Shown here one piece after another: positions 1-8,764 of a stretch of 64,000 nucleotides of DNA (position 1 is its first letter; each line of letters begins with the position of its first letter). Origin of the DNA: Christensenellaceae bacterium (GTDB lineage: Bacteria > Bacillota > Clostridia > Christensenellales > UBA1431); the NCBI GenBank assembly GCA_963675355.2, contig CAXXMZ010000004.1, forward strand, positions 1,077-65,076, given 5' to 3'. The notes below the pieces were generated by a model that was given only the letters and a program-made list of their open reading frames with translations, did no database searches and had not been told where the DNA came from. Both the position numbers and the translations under genes were made by a program.

Positions 1-182
1 GTTCTGTTTCTGTTGCGCCAACACAAGATGTTACATATACATGGAACATCAAGCAAATTGCGATTGACTGGTATACGGATAATGACGGATTACAATTAAA
101 AGACACAGCTTCAAATTATAAAGAATGGGCAACTTGGCAGTCGTATTGGCATGATGGTCCCAAAGCATATTTTTACTACGAT

Positions 183-1050
183 ACTACTGCTCCTGCCGCA
201 CCAGCTGGCGTGACAACGAGTCCAGTTGCTACATCAATCTGGACAAATGACAAAACAGCTACACTAAACTGGAGCGGCATCACAGATTCGGGAGGCAGTG
301 GGCTTAAAAACGCTCAGTATAAAATAGATGGCGGATCGTGGATAAGTATACCAACAAGTTATGGTATTGCTTCGGGCTCATATCCGATTACAATTCCATC
401 GAGTTCAGCAACACATACGATTTATGTTCGTGGTGTTGATAAAGTAAACAATTATGGGGCGACAAGTTCTAAGACATATAAACTTGATGTTACCGCACCC
501 GCTGCACCTACTAGTGTTACAACAAGTCCAACTGCTTCATCAACATGGACAAATGACACAACTGTATCACTATCGTGGAGTGGTATTATAGATGACCATA
601 GCGGTGTGAGTTATGCGCAATATAAGATCGATAGTGGATCATGGGTAAACATATCAACTAGCTATGGTATTACATCGGGTACGGTTCCAATTACAATTTC
701 GTCATCAGGTACGCATACGATTTATGTGCGCGGCGTGGATAAAGTTGGGTATAGCGGTGCAACCAAGTCTGTGGTATACAAGCTAGATGTTAATAAACCA
801 ACATCCCCAACAGATGCTTCATTAACGCCGGTTGACTGGGACGGCGGTGCGGTGACGATTGCAGCGTCAGGCGCTACAGATGCAATTTCAGGCATACCAA
901 AAATATCAGTATAGCACAACAAGTTTAACGGAAGAGTTTGTAGATATACCGGCGAACAATCAGATTACTTTAACGTCTGGTGATACTACCGTATATGTGC
1001 GTGCTGTAGATAATGCTGGTAACGCGGGGATTGCTGTTCCGACTAATGTT
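183..1050 (+). repeat. Tandem ~92-aa beta-sandwich (Ig-like) domain repeats inside the RHS N-terminal region
   Basis: The block TAPAAP..VTTSP..W(T)ND.T..L.WSGI.D..SG...AQYKIDGGSW..I.TSYGI.SG..PITI.SS..HTIYVRGVDKV...GAT.S..YKLDV occurs twice in full (about 183-489 and 490-795). A third, diverged copy ends in VYVRAVDNAGNAG. Confidence 0.7.
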
Positions 1051-4000
1051 ATGCCTGAACCAGTAACGGATCTTAGTGTTAAGTCAAATGTTAATTATAC
1101 GGTTGCGTTAAGCTGGACAGCATCCGTTACGCCAAATGTGACATATGACATATACAGAAATGAAAGCGGTCAAACTCCAGAATTGATTGCTACAGATATT
1201 GATACTGCATATTGGAACGACTACAACATGAACTATGATACGACGTATTTATACAGTGTGGTGGCAAAAAAAGAATACCTAGGTGCAACCGTTGAAAGTG
1301 TTTCAACAGCAGGTCCACAGGCGACAGTTGTTTCGTCGGATGAAGTGAATAAGAAGGTCGGCAAAAAAGACTACGAGATGTTCGCTGAATTCAGCACGCA
1401 GAGTGGTAACGGATTCATTAATCCCGCATCTGGAAACTTAATGTATGAGACTTCGGATATCTCGGTAGAGTCCACCGATCGGTGCGCTTGAGTTTGTTCG
1501 TTCATATAACAGTCTAACCAATTATTCAACCCCACTTGGACAGGGATGGGATTTTAATTACAACATAATACTTCTTAAGGAATTTGATGAGAATCAAAAC
1601 GAAGAAGGGATAATATTAAAACTTGGCAACGGAAATATGTATCGTTTTTCGTATGATTCGCAAACGGGTACTTATACTCGCCCCGCGGGGCTGTATGCCG
1701 ATCTTGAATTTGACAGCGCTTCGAAAAAATATTCTCTGACATTTAAAGACAAAACGGAATACCTGTTTAATATTAACAATCAGATTGAGAGCATTACAGA
1801 CAGAAACGACAACCACATACAGTTCAGCTATAACGACGAGGGCAGGCTTATTTTCCGCTGAAGATAACGTAGGTAATGAAATCACAATTGCTTATTCGAC
1901 ACAAGCGGGTGAAGGAGGTCTTATCAAGACAGTTACAGGCAGTGGTAAGATGTATACATATAACTACACAGATGGAAGGCTATCGAATGCATACGTTACA
2001 TATGAAAGCCAGCAGATTGGTGAAGCTTATACCTATACAAATGGCATGCTCACAACGATTACAAACCCAAACGGATTTGATTATGATATTGCGTATGCAT
2101 CTAATAAAGTTAGCACAGTAACAAACCCTCTTTCTCAGGTAATGACGTTAACGTATTCAACAGATAATGGCGATCTTTTAGTAACGAGTGAGTTTAACCA
2201 CGTAACGCAGCGTTATTATTACGATAGTACAACTCTTGTGCTGAAGAAGACACAGTTTGAGGGCGAGAGTGCAACGATATATACCTATGATAGCGACTTT
2301 AACCTGACCAATATTACTTATCCTGATAGCACAGAAGAGTCGTTTACTTATGGCTCGGATGGAAATATGCTTACTTACGTAAATAAGGCAGGTAAAACAA
2401 CTACTTATACATACGGAGATACAAATAATCCGGATTTACCTACGCAGATTGAAGAGCCTTTTAATGGAGCGAATACTAAAGTAACAATGAATCAATATGA
2501 TTCAGCTGGTAACATGACAAATACCTATGTTGATGGAATCAACCAGGGTACGGCATATACATATAATGAATACGGCAAAGTTCTATCTGAAATTGTTTTT
2601 GTAATGGACGGTTTGAATACCTATGAGTCCGAAACTGATTATACGTACGATAGTATGGGGCGTTTATCGACGACAACGGTAATTACTGATGATCCTAATG
2701 ATGAAGATGTTGTTACGTCACAAACGTATGATTCATATGGAAATGTTGAGAGTGAAACTGATGCAGAAGGCATTGTCACTAAAAATTACTATAACATACT
2801 TGGTCAGCAGACCCAGCAGACTTCAGCTTATGGTACAGCCGAAGCAATAAGTACGTATTATGAATGCGACGCGCTTGGAAATATAGTTTCTGAAACAGAC
2901 GCGGAAGGCAACGAGACGACAAATACATATGACGATATTGGAAGAGAAACGCGTAGCGATTACGCTGATGGTACATATTCAACCAACCTCATATGCTGTA
3001 AATGCCGATGGTACGCAGGTTACTACGCAGCATGACGCGGAAGGTAAAAAGTCAATAACTGTAACAGATAAAAAGGGTCAGACGATATTGCAAGGTAAAG
3101 CCGGCGATGTGACTGATTCTAACAATGATACTACAACAGGTAATGAGTATACATATAACGGCGATGTGCTTATTGAATATACGCGTAGTACCTATGATGT
3201 AATGGGCAACGTGACGTGGACGAAGGATAATACTGGCGTTGAAACGACCAATACATATAATAATATGGGATGGGAAACTGGTTCAGCTACGGCAAATGGT
3301 AGCCTGTGTACTATTACTACCAATACATATGATGATATGGGTAATGTATTGACTGCTGTGTCGCCCGAAATCAATACTGAAACTACATACGATAAACTAG
3401 GACGGGCGTTGACAGTTACCGATACAAAGAATGGTAGCAGTACAACGACAACCATATGCGTACAACGGTGTTTACAGTGGTAAATTGAGGTCTGTTATGA
3501 CTGATCCGCTGAATCGTGATAAGACAACTGAGTTTGATGAGAAGGGCAACCTAGTCAAAGAAACATTTGAGGATAAGACTACCGAATATGCATACGATGA
3601 TAATGGCAACATGCTTTCAAGCACGTTAACCGATAGCGATTTCTCTGGTGAGAGTGCTGTAACATTATATGAATATGATAACAATAATCGTAAAACCAGC
3701 GTAACGTATAGTGATGATGACCAATATGTACTGTATACGTATGACGATAATGGTAACGTTACCATGGAACGCCGTATGAAAATGACACGTTGTCTTGTAC
3801 TACGGAAAATACGTATGATGACATGAACAACGTAACAGAGACTAAGCGTAATGGAGCTACCATTGCACAGTATACATATACAGATAATGGTGAGGTTGCA
3901 AGTATAAAATATGGTAGCGGTTCTTCGGACAGGAAGATTGGCTATGTATATGATGAGGCAGGCAAAATTATCGAGGTTAGGGACTTGACAAGCGACGGTG

Positions 4001-5126
4001 ATACGCTGATTCGTGAGTACTTTTATCTGGATGGCCAGCTTGATTACCTTGTTGATGCTCGTGATACGGACGATGCTAAGCAGGACTTTTCATATGATAG
4101 TCTTGGTCGACTTACAAATGTTAAATATTATGATACTGACGATACGACTGTGCTTGAGGAATATTCTGTTACATATGACGATACTTTGACTTATGCAAAG
4201 TATAAGATTGCAACGGAAACGACTACTACAAACTATGGCGGTACAGAGATAGTAACAGAGAAGCAATACACATATGATGATTTGGGGCGGTTAACTCAAG
4301 AAAGCGCAACTGAGACTATAGATCAAGGCACCCCGACAACGACCGTTACCGCATATACTTATGATGCTGTTGGTAACCGAACAAGTATGACTAGTGGTGG
4401 AGATACATTGTATTATCACTATAACGATTATGATCAGTTGGTTAGCACGGATGCCGATAACGATTTGCAAACGACGTCGGATGTTGTCACGTCATATGAA
4501 TACGATATTTCGGGCAATCAGATTTCTATGACGGAAGGCACAACAGTTTACAACGTATGCTTACGACGACGCTAATTGGCTGCAAAACGTAACTAAGCAA
4601 GTTGGGCAGGATCCAACAGTTACTTTAGCTGAATACGAGTACGATGCCTCTGGTCAACGCACTCAAAAGATTGTGGGCAGCGATGAAACAAATTATTATT
4701 ATAACGGTCTTGATCTCCTCTATACAAAGGACGATAATGGCGATATAATCGAAGAAAATGTGCTGGAAGATGATGGCAGTATTATTAACAGCAGCCGTGC
4801 AGATACAAACGACTACTGGTATCGACAGGATTCACGTGGTAGTATTACAAACATAGTTGATGTTGACGATGATGTTGTTAAGAGCTATACGTATGATGCC
4901 TATGGCAACACGGACTCAACAGGTACATTCATAAATAGCTTTGCGTATACCGGCGCTGTGATCGATACCGAGACAGGGCTATACTACATGAATGCTCGGT
5001 ACTATGATCCAGAGACGGGCAGGTTTATTAGCCAGGATAGTTTCCGTGGTGACGGAGAAATTTTCTGGCATCTGTATGCGTTATTGTGACGGTGATCCGG
5101 TGAATTCTACGGATCCGACCGGGCAT

Positions 5127-5697
5127 GCAAAGCAAGGATTCGTGTTATATAATGGGGCGGATGGCTTTAGCAAGCACGCTGAGAGTGAAAAGAATTACTT
5201 AAAGATGAAGTATAAATTATCATATGTATCTAAGCTTAATATCACAAGTGCAAGATATTTTAAAGATGTATGGAATCGGCTTTCGAGTGCAAATTATGCT
5301 GTAAGTTTGATTTTTCATGGAGGTCCACATGCTTTTTCGTGTGGTAAAGGGAATAAAAATAACATTGCAACGTATAATTCAGTGCATAAAAAAAGAGCCT
5401 GATTATAAGAAAGCGTGCTACTGTACAACAGATAAGTTGGAAAAAAATTCAAGTATAAAGTATTTACGATTATTAATTTGTAATGCAGGGCATTTAAATC
5501 ATAAGGGTGATAATTTAGCAAATGCGTTTAAATCAAAAATTGGTGGTGAGGTTTGGGCGTGTGATGGCAGCGTGGGCTTCGATATTGTTAATGGAAGATA
5601 TTATCCACGGCTAGCTTATGATCAAAGTAGTTTCTATGGTTATATACCTGAAGGTACTAAAAGCAGGAATCCATCAGGGTTTTATTCGTATAAATAA
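5127..5697 (+). other. C-terminal toxin tip (CT1) of the RHS protein, family not assigned
   Basis: This is the sequence directly after the DPTGH core-end motif (5112-5126). It contains LIFHGGPHAF and, after one frame change, LLICNAGHLNHKGDNLANAF..GGEVWACDGSV. The CNAGH..DNLANA block recurs in the decayed tip at 7684-7745. Confidence 0.5.
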
Positions 5698-5712
5698 TAG
5701 GATGGTGAAGTT

Positions 5713-6305
5713 ATGACTAGAACTAATAGAAAAGAAAAGAAAAAAATTGAAGTATATTCAATGTTAATTGTTGTATTAATATTATTAGCTATTATTGGGG
5801 GAGCATGTTATCGAGTATTAATTTTAAGGCGGAGATAATTTCTTACGAACAAGATGAAGATTTCTTATCAATATTAGAAGGGTTTTTTGAAGATAATGAA
5901 TATAAGGAGACTTTTGCGTGGTATGATATGTCAGATGCAGAAGCTAAAGATCTTCAAGAAAACCCTGAAAACTATAGAGGATATTATATTGACATTGACA
6001 TTAATAATATTTCAGGACAAAAGGTTTATTGCGTGCAAGCCAATTTATTAAAGCGATATCAAGATATATGGATGAATAGAACAGGACTTGCGGAATGGAT
6101 GTATGCAACTGCACTTGAAGAATGGGATATTATGATAGAACCAAATGATACGTATCCTGGATCTATATACATAATCGTAAAAACGTCTGACATGACGGAA
6201 AAAGAAATTGATGAGTTAATAAGGAGCATAGGTATAACAGTTAGCGCTCGGAATGTTAAATGGCTCCCGTTTGTTACATCAGAAACTGTATATTTTGAAA
6301 AATAA
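5713..6305 (+). CDS. Putative immunity protein 1 (membrane-anchored); the N-terminal TM segment is out of frame with the 5805-6305 ORF
   Basis: ATG 5713 with an RBS encodes MTRTNRKEKKKIEVYSMLIVVLILLAIIGG, then leaves frame at the G5 run 5797-5801. One extra G would fuse it to MLSSINFKAEII..(5805-6305). It is a paralogue of 7047-7601 (NPE.Y, MTE/D.EID.LI+S.GIT.SA, IYF.K) and lies directly after the toxin tip. Confidence 0.55.
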
Positions 6306-6375
6306 ATATAGTTGACTAATATTAATTGACCTTGCTTCGTGCAGGGTCAATTAGTGTTTTAGTAAAACGATTAGT

Positions 6376-7041
6376 GTGGTTGACACTGAGATAGTGCTAG
6401 GTATTATGATCCTGAAACGGGCAGGTTTATCAGTCAAGATAGTTTTCGTGGTGACGGAGAAGTTTTCTGGCATCTGTATGCGTATTGTGACGGTGATCCC
6501 GGTGAACTGTACGGATCCGACCGGGCATGCGTATAGTAGAGCAAAAGCAGTGGCATATGCTATGAAGTGGGCTATGAGCAGAAATACGCAATATCAAGAC
6601 TTTGGACGTCATGATTGTGCAAATTTTGTTTCTCAGTGTCTACATGCTGGAGGGTTCACGATGAATAATAGCTGGCATTCCTATCATAAGAAAAAAAAGT
6701 ACGGGTACATTTGGGGAACGTATTATTATTGGGATATTTCAGATGCTTGGAAATTTGCAGATGGACAATATAAGTATTTTAAAAACTCTGGAACGGTAAA
6801 AAAGATAAATTATAAAAATCAAATTAAATATCTAGCAAAAAAGGTTAAAGTTGGAGACCCCCTGTATTTTGATGATACCGGAGATGGGAAAATGAATCAT
6901 GCAACGATAATTAGTGCAGTTAATAGTAAAGAAGGAAAGATTTGTTATGCTGGTCATTCTAATAACAGGAGGTATTGGGGTCTACATCAAACTTTTAAAA
7001 ATAATGAGAAAAAAAACATTTATGTAATACATATGGGGTGA
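6376..7041 (+). CDS. Orphan RHS C-terminal cassette: core-end homology plus a 'putative amidase domain' (Amidase_6-like) toxin tip (CT2)
   Basis: From 6396 the DNA repeats the RHS core end (ARYYDPETGRFISQDSFRGDGEVFWHLYAYCDGDP) in another frame. After the C3 run 6498-6500 the ORF frame reads VNCTDPTGH followed by YSRAKAVAYAMKWA..RHDCANFVSQCLHAGG..NHATII. There is no start codon or RBS of its own. Confidence 0.7.
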   Translation: MVDTEIVLGIMILKRAGLSVKIVFVVTEKFSGICMRIVTVIPVNCTDPTGHAYSRAKAVAYAMKWAMSRNTQYQDFGRHDCANFVSQCLHAGGFTMNNSWHSYHKKKKYGYIWGTYYYWDISDAWKFADGQYKYFKNSGTVKKINYKNQIKYLAKKVKVGDPLYFDDTGDGKMNHATIISAVNSKEGKICYAGHSNNRRYWGLHQTFKNNEKKNIYVIHMG

Positions 7042-7046
7042 ATGGG

Positions 7047-7601
7047 ATGAGGAAATTTATAATTAATTATAAATGGATTATAGTAATTGTAGTAATTGTA
7101 ATATGTTGTGTAGGCGGTATTCTGTTTATTAATTCAGGTATTAATGGTCAACTTATTAGTTGTTCAAGAAGTGAAAGTTTTATTAATAACTTTGTTAGAT
7201 CTGAGTCTGCTTCTGAATTTCATGAAGAATTTAAAAATTTTTTTAATATGGAACAAGAAGTAGTTGAGGAAATGTATAAAAATCCAGAAAGGTACACTAC
7301 ATACTGGATAGTGGTTAATATTTATAATGATGCAAGTTATAAAATATATGATGTCAGACCAAGTTTGGGAACGAAGTTTGATAATATGTGGATACGTCAA
7401 GATACGTTTTCTGACTTTTCGCTTGATTTGGAGGCAGGTCAGAACTATATACATTCTGTTGCAATAATAATAAGAACAGAAGGCATGACGGATGATGAAA
7501 TTGATAACTTGATTAAAAGCGTAGGCATAACTATTTCGGCAAATATATTGGCAGATAGTTTCCCTATAGTTGCTTCGAAAACAATTTACTTTAATAAATA
7601 A
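7047..7601 (+). CDS. Putative immunity protein 2 (N-terminal TM anchor), paralogue of 5713-6305
   Basis: MRKFIINYKWIIVIVVIVICCVGGILF is a TM anchor. The C-terminal half aligns with immunity 1 (MTDDEIDNLIKSVGITISA..KTIYFNK). Its start overlaps the stop of the amidase tip. Confidence 0.6.
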   Translation: MRKFIINYKWIIVIVVIVICCVGGILFINSGINGQLISCSRSESFINNFVRSESASEFHEEFKNFFNMEQEVVEEMYKNPERYTTYWIVVNIYNDASYKIYDVRPSLGTKFDNMWIRQDTFSDFSLDLEAGQNYIHSVAIIIRTEGMTDDEIDNLIKSVGITISANILADSFPIVASKTIYFNK

Positions 7602-7683
7602 GGTTTAGACTAGGTTGCTGTCCAACTAGATATAGAACACATATTTTCATGCTTACTTTTCCATTTCATGGTGAGTAAGCATG

Positions 7684-8002
7684 ATTCGTATACCGTGTAA
7701 TGCGGGACATAGAGATCATATGAATGACAATTTAGCAAATGCATAAATCACTAATTGGTGGTGCAGTTTGGGCATGATGGGAGTGTAAGCTTTTATAACC
7801 CTCGGACTAGTATTTATGCACCGCGGCTATCTAATAATCAAGATGGGTACTGTAAATATTTGTTAGGCAAAAGCTTGTTCCCCGTTAGGATGACAAGAGG
7901 TAATTGATCAGCTAATAAGAAGTATAGGAATAACAGTAAGTGCTGAGAATGGTGAAGTGATTCCTCTTTATTACATCAGAACCACTATATTTTGAAAATT
8001 AA
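7684..8002 (+). pseudogene. Decayed third toxin-tip / immunity pair
   Basis: 7684-7870 reads IPCNAGHRDHMNDNLANA*..GGAVWA..YAPRLSNNQDGY, a CT1-like sequence with stops. 7889-8002 reads ..VIDQLIRSIGITVSAENGEV.., which is the immunity C-terminus with the frame broken. Confidence 0.55.
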
Positions 8003-8067
8003 ATATAGTGGTTGATTGTTTTCGATAATTAGCACTTAGGGGCAGATTTCATTCATGAAAGAATAGG

Positions 8068-8128
8068 ATTTATGGGGTTTTCACGATAGGGCAAACTAGA
8101 TGTTTGTAGGATTTGAGTAGTTTTGAGA
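8068..8128 (+). repeat. Left copy of a ~55-60 nt inverted repeat pair (partner at 58256-58315)
   Basis: The reverse complement of 8068-8128 (tcaaaactactcaaatcctacaaacatctagtttgccctatcgtgaaa..) matches 58257-58305 (tcaaaactacccaaatcctacaaatatttagcttgtcctatagtgaaa..) at roughly 85% by eye. It is related to the GGTTAGATGT repeat family. Confidence 0.6.
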
Positions 8129-8156
8129 GTGCAGGATAGATATTTTTGGATTTCGT

Positions 8157-8762
8157 TTGCAGGGGGGCATTACAGTTGGTCAAAAGCGCCAATATCATAT
8201 CTGGCAGTATAAGCTTGAGCAGCTTTTAGAAGCTGATGGCAAGCTGATGCTGGAGTTTAATAAAAATGATGCCGTAAACACCAGTGAAACGCTGGTTTTT
8301 TACATATTAAATGAGAAAATAATGGATCGTAAATATGACGATAACATAGAATATAAAACTGATAAAAATGGTAATGAAGTCAGGGTGAAAAAGAACCTTC
8401 TTCCTATTATCACCATAGAAACAGGTAGGAGCAAGAACAAAGAGCAAACTGTAAAGCTTGAGAAGTTGCTCAAAGAGGGCTTTCATACTGATACACAACC
8501 GCAGAGACACTTCGTGTTTTTAGATAATGTCTTATCAGGCTCTCAGAACAAAGAATGTAGGCAGATGTTTATTTTAGAAGAATACTATGATGACTTAAAA
8601 GCGCATATCTCACTTGGCATAGAACCATCTAAGTGTACTATCTCAAAAAACCTTACAAGAAACGCTTTGACCACTACTGATGTTCATTTGGTTCCAGTGG
8701 ATATGAAAAACTTGGGCATTTGTATTATTCCCGACTGCGAAGTGCCAGTTTTGAAACAGTAA
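8157..8762 (+). CDS. N-terminal segment of the RdRP/YonO-like polymerase (either a separate ORF or the 5' part of a disrupted gene)
   Basis: HFVFLDNVLSGSQNKECRQMF.., KNLTRNALTTTDV and CIIPDCE mirror the YxFLxxSxSQLR / K.AAR.GQ.FS.T / IPDIE blocks that precede the first barrel of cellular RdRPs. It has a TTG start with no RBS, and it ends 2 nt before the next ORF in a different frame. Confidence 0.5.
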   Translation: MQGGITVGQKRQYHIWQYKLEQLLEADGKLMLEFNKNDAVNTSETLVFYILNEKIMDRKYDDNIEYKTDKNGNEVRVKKNLLPIITIETGRSKNKEQTVKLEKLLKEGFHTDTQPQRHFVFLDNVLSGSQNKECRQMFILEEYYDDLKAHISLGIEPSKCTISKNLTRNALTTTDVHLVPVDMKNLGICIIPDCEVPVLKQ

Positions 8763-8764
8763 AT

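Larger units (their letters stand above)
1..5697 (+). pseudogene. RHS/YD-repeat polymorphic toxin, 5' end outside window, frame broken about nine times
   Basis: Consecutive + strand ORFs (1-914, 859-1491, ~1500-1861, 1785-3035, 2929-3483, 3431-3826, 3790-4575, ~4576-5089, 4992-5402, 5317-5697) read through as one protein. It has Ig/FN3-like repeats, an RSYNS..GQGW shell start, dozens of YD repeats (YxYDxxGN), and the core end ARYYDPETGRFISQDSF..LYAYCDGDPVNSTDPTGH. Frames run 0-1-2-0-1-2-1-2-0-1. The junctions I inspected are single extra bases (A5 near 900, an extra t near 5075). Confidence 0.85.
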
